Shown here: positions 1 through 8,886 of the stretch, piece after piece
Layout of the letters: every line of letters starts with the position of its first letter
How positions within the stretch are numbered: position 1 is the first letter of the stretch
NCBI GenBank assembly: GCA_964639185.1
Contig: CAZXCN010000002.1
Location: forward strand, 30,409-94,408
Reading direction: 5' to 3'
From: an uncultured Candidatus Saccharibacteria bacterium
GTDB lineage: Bacteria > Patescibacteriota > Minisyncoccia > Phycocordibacterales > UBA9973
Length of the DNA stretch: 64,000 nucleotides
Notes under the pieces: generated by a model
Database searches by the model: none
Told to the model about the DNA's origin: nothing
What the model saw: the letters and a program-made list of their open reading frames with translations, nothing else
Program-made: the position numbers and the translations under genes

Positions 1-1013
1 TACCATTTCTTTGCTTCAGCTTTCTTATTATTAATTGGTTTTGTGTCAATTATTTTAAATACTGTTATCTGAGCAGGGGCTACGATATAACGACCCCATT
101 CACAAACTAAATTTGGGTGAGGGACACCTCTTTTTTCAGCTTCAACTTTTATAAGCTTTAATATCTTCTCCATTAATTTATCTACAGGGTAACCCTTCTT
201 TCTTGTGTATGGTATTGGCATACCCCCACCAATATCCAGAGTATCGAGTGATGGATTGATCTCTTTTAATTTGAAATACACATCTAAAGCGTATTTTATT
301 GGACCTAATACATCGGACAATTTCTCGATTTGTGAACCTATGTGATAGTGCAGGATTTTTAGATTCTTGAATTTACCCATTTCCAATATTTCCTTTGCAC
401 CGAAACCAAATCGGTCGATAGCTTTGTTCCAATACGATTCAGCTTTTACTGGCATGTCTAGGCGAATACCCACATCGTATTTAGAGTGCTGTAGGAATTT
501 TAATTCATTTGGCCCTTCGATAAGAGGAAAGACTTTAACACCTTTGTGTTGCAAGTCGTCGATAAGATTTATGTATTTGTCAGTCTTTGGACCAGAGCAA
601 AGTATGCGTATTTCAGGATTAAATTTTTCCTGCTCAAGCATCTTTTTTATTAAATACAAATCATTGTAAGATGAAGTTTCCAAATGCGCGCCCTCACCTA
701 CTATAGACATTACTATCTCCTTGTTCTGGTTTACCTTCATTGGGTAATGGTAAAAGAATTTACCTTTGTAGCCCACTTTCTTTGATAAAACTTGTGTAAG
801 GTCTAGGAAATCCTCGAGTCTTTCCTCCACTACGAATGGTAAAAGTATTTCGAGTGAAGTACCGAATTTATCCGCAAGATATCGCACATTGTAAATATTG
901 TGCCCTTCTTTGATTATCAAGTCACCCTCCTTGCTGTAATCAAAATATTGAGTATTGAACTCGGTAGCCCCAAGCTTCCAAAGTTTACGTGAACTAACTG
1001 ATTTTTTGGTCAT
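1..1013 (-). CDS. PLP-dependent Orn/DAP/Arg decarboxylase, arginine decarboxylase (SpeA)-like; 3' end runs off the window
   Basis: Not in the ORF track. Manual translation from ATG at 1013 (MTKKSVSSRKLWKLG...) gives in-frame YPMKVNQ (PLP lysine), LHYHIGSQ, LDIGGG and CEWGR motifs. Confidence 0.85.
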   Translation of the reverse strand, partial: MTKKSVSSRKLWKLGATEFNTQYFDYSKEGDLIIKEGHNIYNVRYLADKFGTSLEILLPFVVEERLEDFLDLTQVLSKKVGYKGKFFYHYPMKVNQNKEIVMSIVGEGAHLETSSYNDLYLIKKMLEQEKFNPEIRILCSGPKTDKYINLIDDLQHKGVKVFPLIEGPNELKFLQHSKYDVGIRLDMPVKAESYWNKAIDRFGFGAKEILEMGKFKNLKILHYHIGSQIEKLSDVLGPIKYALDVYFKLKEINPSLDTLDIGGGMPIPYTRKKGYPVDKLMEKILKLIKVEAEKRGVPHPNLVCEWGRYIVAPAQITVFKIIDTKPINNKKAEAKKW

Positions 1014-1114
1014 TTCTAATTATGGTGTATAGGTATCTCAACCCTCACACGATAAAATAATAATACGATAATCATAGCAGAATGTGGTAAGATGTAAAGA
1101 GTTATTCATTAAAA

Positions 1115-1147
1115 AAAACAGTTGCGGTGTAATATAGCAACTGTTTT
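1115..1147. terminator. Intrinsic terminator-like hairpin after the epimerase gene
   Basis: AAAACAGTTGC...GCAACTGTTTT inverted repeat with A/T tails. Confidence 0.65.
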
Positions 1148-1164
1148 AATACTAAATCTAAGTT

Positions 1165-2229
1165 TTATGTAAACAATGATTGACCTGATACAGATAAGTC
1201 TGAATTTATATAACCAAGATCTTTCGTTTCAATAACATTAAAATAACTGAAGAAATCATGAGTAATAAAGTTCTGACTTAAGGCAAAAGCCAAATTGTAT
1301 TCAATACCAAGCTTCCCATGAAGCATGCTGCCCAACATTACCTTTCTACCAGAAGACTCAGCAATTTTAATGATTTCAAGGGCTTTTAATATTCCACCAG
1401 TTTTAGCAAGTTTAATATTAAAACAATCAGCAAGATTATTTTGGCAAAAATAGTTTGCTTCAAGAGGCGTATGCAGTGATTCATCTGCCATCAATAAAAC
1501 ATCAGTACCTGCTTGTAAATACCCCATTCCAGCTAAATCATCTTTAGCAAGTAATTGCTCAGCCCAAGAAATGTCTACGTCAGCGATCTTTTCTAGAAAA
1601 ACCAATGCGTCTTTGTATTTCGTAAAAGCTTGATTGGCGTCAATGGAGATACTTACTTTAGAATCCAATGCTCTACAGTAATGAAGAACTTCAGATTCTA
1701 AGGGTAGATCAATGCCAACTTTGAATTTTATAAATTTCGGATGATGCTTTTTAAATATCTCATCAACACTTTGTTTATACAATTCAAAAGTTTTTTTCAT
1801 TGGAACGGTAATTTGAATAAAAACTTCCTTGTTTTTACTATCACCACCAAGAATTTCAGTTAGGTTTTTACCTGTTTTTTGGCTCAAGATATCAAACAAT
1901 GCTTGTTCTACCCCACATAGTAAACCAGTATTGTGGCTTATATTCAAGCGACAATATTTCATAATATTTTGTATATCTTTTAGTGTAGAAACACTATCAA
2001 AGTTATTAAAAATATAGTTGAGTATTGATTCAAAACCGTAGGCTCCACTCTGTATCTCGCCGTTAATATCAACAGCATGAGCTATCTCTCCATGACCTTC
2101 CATACCTTCAGAGTCAGTAATAGTGATTTTTGAATAAGGTAGAAATTCCAAAGTATCTAAGAAATACTTGAAAGGAGAAGTGAGCATGATATCATTTTTT
2201 CTTATCTTGCATGTCATTTTTGTTTCCAT
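1165..2229 (-). CDS. Enolase superfamily (MLE subgroup) dipeptide epimerase/racemase-like protein
   Basis: KFK, DANQ, EQ, DES and NIKLAK motifs. Likely ATG at 2229 (track ORF begins at 2277); TTGCTT..TGATATAAT promoter upstream. Confidence 0.8.
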   Translation of the reverse strand: METKMTCKIRKNDIMLTSPFKYFLDTLEFLPYSKITITDSEGMEGHGEIAHAVDINGEIQSGAYGFESILNYIFNNFDSVSTLKDIQNIMKYCRLNISHNTGLLCGVEQALFDILSQKTGKNLTEILGGDSKNKEVFIQITVPMKKTFELYKQSVDEIFKKHHPKFIKFKVGIDLPLESEVLHYCRALDSKVSISIDANQAFTKYKDALVFLEKIADVDISWAEQLLAKDDLAGMGYLQAGTDVLLMADESLHTPLEANYFCQNNLADCFNIKLAKTGGILKALEIIKIAESSGRKVMLGSMLHGKLGIEYNLAFALSQNFITHDFFSYFNVIETKDLGYINSDLSVSGQSLFT

Positions 2230-2330
2230 TTTTTTATTATAATTAGCAAATTTATTTTTAAATATTATATCACACAAAATAATAAAAGCAAGTTATTGTG
2301 TAATCTACCCAAAGTGATATATTTATAAAT

Positions 2331-3035
2331 ATGAAAGATAAAAAAATTATTGGAATTCTTGGGGGGATGGGTCCTGCTGTCACTGTAGATTTTTTTGGTG
2401 ATATAATAAGGATGTCACAGGAAAAATACGGTGCTGAGCAAGACACTGATTTTCCTAAAATTTATTTATACAATACTGCTCTGGAAGGATTTACTGAGAC
2501 TGGTTTTGCAGACATGGATCTGGTTAAAAAACAACTTATTGATGATGTTAAAAAGCTTGAGAGCTGGGGGGCAGATTTTATTGTAATGCCCTGTAACACG
2601 GTGCATCATTTTGTAGACGAACTCAGAGCCTCAATTGCAATTCCTCTCATAAGTATTGTTGAATCAACTATCTCAGAAGCAACAAAGGCAGAGTATAAAA
2701 AAATAGGAGTGATCTCATCAGCCAGCACGCGACATCTTGGTTTGTATGAACAAAAATTAAAAAATGAAAATATAGAATGCATTATTGCTACAGATAACGA
2801 ACAGCAATTACTTGATAATGTTATTTTGTCAGTAATGAGTGGAAAACAAGGTTCCCGAGAAGAAGAAACATTGCAAACAATAATTGAAAGAATGAAAAAT
2901 GATGGTGCTGAAGCAGTAATATTAGGCTGCACTGAATTACCTTTGGCTATTAATAAAGATCGTGCTTCAATACCTCTATTGAATACCATCAAAATCCTCG
3001 CTCAAAGAGCTGTAGAGTATAGTTTTGGCAAATAA
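2331..3035 (+). CDS. PLP-independent Asp/Glu racemase family amino-acid racemase (RacX/YgeA-like)
   Basis: GILGGMGP, PCNTVH and LGCTELP two-cysteine motifs. Confidence 0.9.
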   Translation: MKDKKIIGILGGMGPAVTVDFFGDIIRMSQEKYGAEQDTDFPKIYLYNTALEGFTETGFADMDLVKKQLIDDVKKLESWGADFIVMPCNTVHHFVDELRASIAIPLISIVESTISEATKAEYKKIGVISSASTRHLGLYEQKLKNENIECIIATDNEQQLLDNVILSVMSGKQGSREEETLQTIIERMKNDGAEAVILGCTELPLAINKDRASIPLLNTIKILAQRAVEYSFGK

Positions 3036-3063
3036 AAAAACTTCCGGTTAAGAAAGTTTTTTT
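3034..3063. terminator. Probable bidirectional terminator between convergent genes
   Basis: AAAAAAACTT...AAGTTTTTTT, weak stem. Confidence 0.45.
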
Positions 3064-3084
3064 TATTTTTTTAAAAAATACAAA

Positions 3085-3771
3085 TTAATTTATGGTTTGA
3101 AAATTGAGCTGGCTATAAATAGCGTGAGGTTTATCGTAAAACCAGGCCCATTCTTTGTCGCCATATGAAAAGTGCCACCATTCTCCATAAAATGGAGCAA
3201 ATTCTTCGGCAACCATCAAGTCGTGAAGTAATTCCCTGTTATGTTTTTGTGTCTCGGTCAGATAAGGACAGAATGTTTTGATTTCTTCTGTTTTAGAAAA
3301 ATCAGCATATTCTGTTCCCATGTCCAAGTCACCATCAGGGGTTGTAATAGTAATATCCACGGCTCCCCCGGTCGGATGTCCTGCAGTTTCAGGGTTAGCT
3401 GTTTGTGTGTTTGCTAATTCATTTAGGTCCTCTTCATCCATCATTAGATGAATTTTTCGTAGATCTTCTTTTCTTTTTAGAAAACGATCTTTTTGAATTT
3501 CCAAATGACGATATCCGTACACAATTTTCAGTTTATGATCAGGAAGTATTGATTGTAATGTGTTAGAAATTCGTGAAAGCTTTTCAGCAACACTTTTTCT
3601 GACCCAAAGATCATTTCCGACATACCGTATCATGTCTTGTGATTGGGGTAAATACACACATACACAATTTTTTAGCAGTTCAGAGATGTTGACCATCTCT
3701 TCATTAGATTCTACAGTCAGAACGATTTTAAGGTCTGAGTAGTTGGCAATTTTTAAAGCATCAGTTTTCAT
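3085..3771 (-). CDS. D-Ala-D-Ala dipeptidase family (VanX/DdpX, M15D)
   Basis: YGYR, HPTGGAVD, LDMGT and EWWHFSYGD motifs; likely ATG at 3771 (track 3819). Confidence 0.88.
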   Translation of the reverse strand: MKTDALKIANYSDLKIVLTVESNEEMVNISELLKNCVCVYLPQSQDMIRYVGNDLWVRKSVAEKLSRISNTLQSILPDHKLKIVYGYRHLEIQKDRFLKRKEDLRKIHLMMDEEDLNELANTQTANPETAGHPTGGAVDITITTPDGDLDMGTEYADFSKTEEIKTFCPYLTETQKHNRELLHDLMVAEEFAPFYGEWWHFSYGDKEWAWFYDKPHAIYSQLNFQTIN

Positions 3772-3782
3772 TTCTTTAAGAA

Positions 3783-4364
3783 TTAATCGTGAGGGTTGTT
3801 TAAAAAAATCCAAGCACAATTAGCAGCCAAAGGGCAGCAACTACATTCATCTTTTTTGGTAGTGCATCGTAAGCACAATTGATCAATAAGATCGGCGTAG
3901 TGCTCTGGGTCGTCTTCCATAAGAGAACCTCCAAGTCTGACAAAAGCTTTTTGGACTATCTCATTACTACTAATACTTACCGGAACCCAATTTTGTTTTT
4001 TAGCGAAAATTAATCTTTCTTCAATTAATTGTGTGCCTATCCCCTGATTTCTGTATTCAGGTAAAACAAAATTTGTCCCTATTTCAACAACTTTTCTTCC
4101 TTTAAAATAAGGTTCTGATTGATTCCATGTTCTTGGTAAAAAGATACCAGCTGCTCCTATTAAATATCCTTCGTCAAAAGCAAATGTTGCCATCAAAAGA
4201 GTACTCTTTATTTCCTCCATAGACAAGGTAAGCATGTGTTTCTCTTGTTCTGTCTTTTCAGACCACCACAAAAGTTTTTCATTGAAAATTAGATCTTCTT
4301 CTTCTTGCCTTCGTCGATTAGTAAGGTCAAGGATTTGCGTGGAGATTTGGGTAGCTACTTTCAT
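3783..4364 (-). CDS. GNAT family N-acetyltransferase with Cys-rich C-terminus
   Basis: FVLPEYRNQGIGTQL acetyl-CoA binding motif A. Confidence 0.8.
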   Translation of the reverse strand: MKVATQISTQILDLTNRRRQEEEDLIFNEKLLWWSEKTEQEKHMLTLSMEEIKSTLLMATFAFDEGYLIGAAGIFLPRTWNQSEPYFKGRKVVEIGTNFVLPEYRNQGIGTQLIEERLIFAKKQNWVPVSISSNEIVQKAFVRLGGSLMEDDPEHYADLIDQLCLRCTTKKDECSCCPLAANCAWIFLNNPHD

Positions 4365-4439
4365 ATTACTTTTTTAATGTTTTATATAATTAAATCATAA
4401 AAGGTAATATCTAGCAAGAGAAGTTATTAACTGTTATTT

Positions 4440-5342
4440 TTATTTCAAAAATGCCTGCAAGACATCTTGAGCTAAAGCCACAGTCTCTACTGCCCCAGAT
4501 TTTCTAGGATTTACCTCAACAAGATCGATCGAAATGATCTTTCCGCTCTGTTTTAAGGTTTCAATGATATCAAAAATCATTTCTTTATTGAATCCATCAT
4601 GATTCGGAGTTCCAGTTGCACTAACCAATGCAGTCTTGAACACATCAATATCAAATGAGATATGGATTAAATCGTGTTGATTACAGAAATTAAGGATGTG
4701 TGTGTATGAATCATTTTTGAGCTCTGGTTCAAACTTTTTAGATGAGAATACAGGCACTTTATTTTTTGAAAGGAAGTCAATTTCTTCCTCTTCGAGCAAT
4801 AGATTACCAATAAAGAGTAACTGGTCTGTATTTAAAGATATATCAATAGTGTTCTTGATCTGTGTATCATCATACACATCCCAAAATGGACGCAACCACA
4901 TCCCATGATAATTACCGGTCGGACTTGTTTTTTTTAAATGCAGATCTCCATGCGAATCAAACATAATGACTCCTACTTTCTTATCTATATTCATTTTCAA
5001 GACTGATAAGAGCGATGAACTTGCAATACTGTGATCTCCACCGACCGTTACAATAAAATTTCTATCTTTATTAGTATATTCTTTTCGGATTGTTTCAGAT
5101 AATTGCCGTATTTCGCGTGCCATCTGTGGGTAGTATTGATGATCTACTACATTTTCAGGTAATGAGAAATCAAAATCAATTATCTCAGCTTTCTCAATAG
5201 TATTTAAAAAATCCGGAGTCAGTATTTCATCAGGCCCATACTCAACCCCAAAATTTAGTTCTGTGCCCCCAATAGGGATATATTTCATTCCAAATCTTGA
5301 TCTGGCTTTAACAATAAGAATTCTTTTATCCATAAATAACAT
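4440..5342 (-). CDS. Arginase (ureohydrolase family)
   Basis: GGDHS, DSHGD, SPTGNYHGM (arginase-type), SFDID, TGTP and EVNP motifs. Confidence 0.88.
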   Translation of the reverse strand: MLFMDKRILIVKARSRFGMKYIPIGGTELNFGVEYGPDEILTPDFLNTIEKAEIIDFDFSLPENVVDHQYYPQMAREIRQLSETIRKEYTNKDRNFIVTVGGDHSIASSSLLSVLKMNIDKKVGVIMFDSHGDLHLKKTSPTGNYHGMWLRPFWDVYDDTQIKNTIDISLNTDQLLFIGNLLLEEEEIDFLSKNKVPVFSSKKFEPELKNDSYTHILNFCNQHDLIHISFDIDVFKTALVSATGTPNHDGFNKEMIFDIIETLKQSGKIISIDLVEVNPRKSGAVETVALAQDVLQAFLK

Positions 5343-5403
5343 ATGATTATATAAATATTATACCATGAATTTAAATAAATTAAAAGCTAAGATCGTAATA
5401 AAA

Positions 5404-5428
5404 AAAAGGTTCCGATTGGAACCCTTTT
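5404..5428 (-). terminator. Terminator after argS
   Basis: GGTTCC-GATT-GGAACC hairpin with T-tract on the minus strand. Confidence 0.6.
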
Positions 5429-5439
5429 CTGGTTGTTTA

Positions 5440-7149
5440 TTACATTTTTTCAGGTATTTTTATACCCAAGAGATTTAAGCCTAACTCTATAACTTCATTA
5501 ACAGCCACTGATATAGCTAATCCAGTAACATTATTATCACTCACAATATTTACTGTAGTGTAGTAATAATTATACTCACGACAGAGTTTGATCAGATAAT
5601 TTGCAATAGGACCGGTCGTGTAGTTCCTGCGTGCATTTTCTAAGGATTCAAAAAATCCTTCTAATACGCGTAAAACTTCCCTGCCAGCGTCATTTAATGG
5701 CAAAAAATAAACTGTTACTGGTACAATCATGTTTTGTTTAGAGGCTTTTTGCATCAAAGATCTTATTCTTACTGCAGTGTATTGTACATATGGACCGGAA
5801 TCCCCTGTCATGTTCAGTATTTTTTCCCATGAAAAATTAATGTCTGCTTCTGGATTCCTCACAAGATCGTTGAATTTCAATGCACCTATTGCGATAATTT
5901 CCGCAGATGTGCGGTCACCATTACAGAGTGTCAATGCTTTCTCAACAGCCTCATCCAATACTTCTTCAAGCCAAATAACATTACCCTTACGGGTACTCAT
6001 TTTACCATCTGGAAAGCGATACAACCCATGCTTAATGTGAATACGTTGGCCTTTTTCAAAATAGCCCAACATTTGTTCAGCCATGTAAATCTGTTCGAAA
6101 TATTGCTTTTGTTCCATTCCAACTTCATTAATAATGATAACATCAGGACCGTATCGTTTTAAGCGATATAGATCTGTTGCTAAATCACGTGTTGAGTACA
6201 ATGTAGACCCATCATTTTTACGAACCATCAATGGTGGTAACACCTCGTCTGGAAATCGAACAATGAAAGCACCTTCACTTTCTTCACCAATTCCCTTTTC
6301 CTTCATGTCGGTGAATATAAATTTCATTTTATCCTCAAAGAAGCTTTCGCCTAAATAAGTATCAAATGTTACCCCTAACCGATCATAAATTTTGGTAAAT
6401 TCTACCATTGATAAATCAACACAGAATTTCCATAGTTTTCGTGCCTCAGCATCGCCACCTTCAAGCTTCACAAACCATTCACGGGCTTCGGTAATGAGAG
6501 TAGCGTCTTCATCTGCAGTTCCTTCTTTGATTTCCTCATGAAATTTTTGATATAGAAGAACCAAATCTTTTACTGGGTTTTCTGAACTTTTTATTAATTC
6601 AACATCACCCCATTTTTTCAAGGCTACAATCATTTTTCCAAATTGTGTCCCCCAATCGCCAAGGTGATTATCACGAACAACACTGTATCCGCAATGCAAA
6701 AGGATTTGAGCGATACTGTCACCGATAATCGTCGAACGTAGATGTCCAATAGTAAAAGGTTTTGCGATGTTGGGTGAAGAATATTCAACCACATGTACCC
6801 TCGAATCATCAACAAATTGTGAACAATATTTTTGTTTCTCGTTCAAAATTTTAGTAAGATTTTCCAGTAATGAATAATCCGATAAACTAATGTTGATAAA
6901 TCCAGGTTTTGCAACCGTAATAGTACACATCCGAGCATCTAAATTATCCCTCAATCGTTTGGCTATTTCTTCGGCTATTATCATCGGAGCTTTCTTGTAT
7001 CTCCTGGCAAGTGATAAAGCAATTTCAGAAGCATAGTCACCATGATTTAAGTCTGCTTTCTTTACACCATAGGTCTTGTCTTCGGACACGTAACCCACTT
7101 CTCCCAAAGCTTTTTGGAAGGCTGTTTTTAATACTTCTCCTGTTTTCAT
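5440..7149 (-). CDS. argS: Arginine--tRNA ligase
   Basis: VEYSSPNIAKP-TIGHLRS, HLGDWGTQFG, KMSTRKG and GPYVQY motifs; likely ATG at 7149 (track 7197). Confidence 0.96.
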   Translation of the reverse strand: MKTGEVLKTAFQKALGEVGYVSEDKTYGVKKADLNHGDYASEIALSLARRYKKAPMIIAEEIAKRLRDNLDARMCTITVAKPGFINISLSDYSLLENLTKILNEKQKYCSQFVDDSRVHVVEYSSPNIAKPFTIGHLRSTIIGDSIAQILLHCGYSVVRDNHLGDWGTQFGKMIVALKKWGDVELIKSSENPVKDLVLLYQKFHEEIKEGTADEDATLITEAREWFVKLEGGDAEARKLWKFCVDLSMVEFTKIYDRLGVTFDTYLGESFFEDKMKFIFTDMKEKGIGEESEGAFIVRFPDEVLPPLMVRKNDGSTLYSTRDLATDLYRLKRYGPDVIIINEVGMEQKQYFEQIYMAEQMLGYFEKGQRIHIKHGLYRFPDGKMSTRKGNVIWLEEVLDEAVEKALTLCNGDRTSAEIIAIGALKFNDLVRNPEADINFSWEKILNMTGDSGPYVQYTAVRIRSLMQKASKQNMIVPVTVYFLPLNDAGREVLRVLEGFFESLENARRNYTTGPIANYLIKLCREYNYYYTTVNIVSDNNVTGLAISVAVNEVIELGLNLLGIKIPEKM

Positions 7150-7204
7150 GTTAATGTATGTTTGACCACATAGTAACAAACATTTCAAGTAAGTCAATAT
7201 AAAG

Positions 7205-7239
7205 AAAAATAGTCCTAGGTAATGCCTAGGACTATTTTT
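7205..7239. terminator. Terminator downstream of dnaJ
   Basis: 15-bp perfect stem AAAAATAGTCCTAGG/CCTAGGACTATTTTT. Confidence 0.75.
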
Positions 7240-7383
7240 AATCTATGTAGTATCCTAACTTTAATAATTAGTAATATCTTTATTTCAAAGTTTTCTTAAA
7301 CTATTGTCATTTATGAAATAAAATATGGTTGTAATATCTTCCTGAAAGTATTATTCTTTTTGCATACTCATAGAAAAGAGTAA

Positions 7384-8475
7384 TTATAGGCCTTCTTCTT
7401 TCAATTTCTCTATTGCTTCTTTTGCTTTCTTGGAAATTTTGTTTGGCATCTTGATCTGGATACGTAGGATAATATCACCACGGCGGGAGCCACCTTGTGG
7501 TACACCCTTGCCTTTTACTCGGAGTAGTTCACCATGACCAATACCTTCGGGAATTATTACTTCGAGCTTGCCATCAAGCGTTGTAAGCTCGTATTTCATA
7601 CCTAGGAGAGCGTCTGAGAGCTTTATTGGTAATTCCATGGTTAGGTTGGCACCATCACGCTTGAATGTATTGTGGGGCTTTACATTGATTTTGATATATA
7701 AATCTCCCGATTGGCCACCTTTTACTGCTTCACCTATGCCTGTCATGCGGATCATCTCGCCATTATTTATACCTGCTGGTATATTGACTTCTATTTCAGA
7801 TTGTTTACGATTCACACCTGCACCTTTACACTCACCACATTTTTCATCAGCGATTTTACCAGTAGCTTCACATTTATTACATTCAACTACTGTTTGAAAT
7901 GTGCCAAGTATCGAGCGCTTCATCTCGCGGACTTTACCTTGCCCATTACAAGTTGTACAGGTATTCATTTTTGTACCCTTTTTTGCCCCACTACCTGAAC
8001 AAATATCACAATTGGACTGTTTGGTTATTAGTATTTTGCGATTTACACCAAAGATAGATTCCTCGAAAGAAATATATAGTTCGGTAGATATGTCACGACC
8101 ACGACGTGATTGTGCACGCCCGCGACCACCCCCAAAGAAGTCTCCAAATATATCGCCGAGGTCACCCATATCAAATTCGACACCATTACCATTTTGGAAT
8201 CCTGAAAAGTCGAATCCTCCAAATCCGCCTTGTTGTCCGTAACCTTGGCTACCACCAAATCCTTGCGGCCCTTCACTTCCAAATTGATCGTATTGCGCAC
8301 GTTTTGTATCATCAGAGAGTGTCTGATAAGCCTGATTGACCTCCTTGAACTTGCTATCATCGCCCTTATTTTTATCCGGGTGATATTTATGAGCAAGCTT
8401 ATGAAAAGCCTTTTTGATTTCGTCTTTTGTAGCGCTTTTATTCACGCCTAATGTTTCGTAGTAATCTTTTGCCAT
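7384..8475 (-). CDS. dnaJ: Chaperone DnaJ
   Basis: J domain with HPD, G/F region, CxxCxGxG-type zinc repeats. Confidence 0.97.
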   Translation of the reverse strand: MAKDYYETLGVNKSATKDEIKKAFHKLAHKYHPDKNKGDDSKFKEVNQAYQTLSDDTKRAQYDQFGSEGPQGFGGSQGYGQQGGFGGFDFSGFQNGNGVEFDMGDLGDIFGDFFGGGRGRAQSRRGRDISTELYISFEESIFGVNRKILITKQSNCDICSGSGAKKGTKMNTCTTCNGQGKVREMKRSILGTFQTVVECNKCEATGKIADEKCGECKGAGVNRKQSEIEVNIPAGINNGEMIRMTGIGEAVKGGQSGDLYIKINVKPHNTFKRDGANLTMELPIKLSDALLGMKYELTTLDGKLEVIIPEGIGHGELLRVKGKGVPQGGSRRGDIILRIQIKMPNKISKKAKEAIEKLKEEGL

Positions 8476-8481
8476 ATTTTT

Positions 8482-8859
8482 TTATAATGGAAACCATTTG
8501 TTGCTTGTGATCATTATAGATATAATAATCAAGCCTAATATAATGAAAAAAAATAATCTTGATAATTTTTTTTCATTTTTATTTTTTAATTTAGTCTTCT
8601 CTGTTTCTATTTCTACTTGAGTTAATTCCGTAACTTTTGATTTGTACAACCTTTGTATAAATAAATAGGCAATTAAACTAATGGGTATAAAAACATAAAG
8701 TATGCGTATTCCTGAGTTAAGATATATACGCCCATAATATGCACAGAAAATCAAAACACCTATGGAGCCTAGCCAATAAAAAAGATTCCTGAAAGTAGCA
8801 TTCTTTTTCCAGACTAAGTTAAATTTTACAGTCTCTTCTAGATATTTATCGGGAGTCAT
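8482..8859 (-). CDS. Hypothetical membrane protein (about 3 TM) between dnaK and dnaJ
   Basis: ORF fills the gap and has hydrophobic segments; TGTTATAAT just upstream. Confidence 0.65.
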   Translation of the reverse strand: MTPDKYLEETVKFNLVWKKNATFRNLFYWLGSIGVLIFCAYYGRIYLNSGIRILYVFIPISLIAYLFIQRLYKSKVTELTQVEIETEKTKLKNKNEKKLSRLFFFIILGLIIISIMITSNKWFPL

Positions 8860-8886
8860 ATGCAAAGAATTATAACATATATTCCC

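Noticed and set aside
367-669. 100-aa plus-strand ORF
   Set aside because: Antisense shadow of the decarboxylase gene on the minus strand.
3085-3771. Vancomycin resistance cluster
   Set aside because: Only a VanX-family peptidase is present; no vanA/B ligase, vanH or vanRS in the window.
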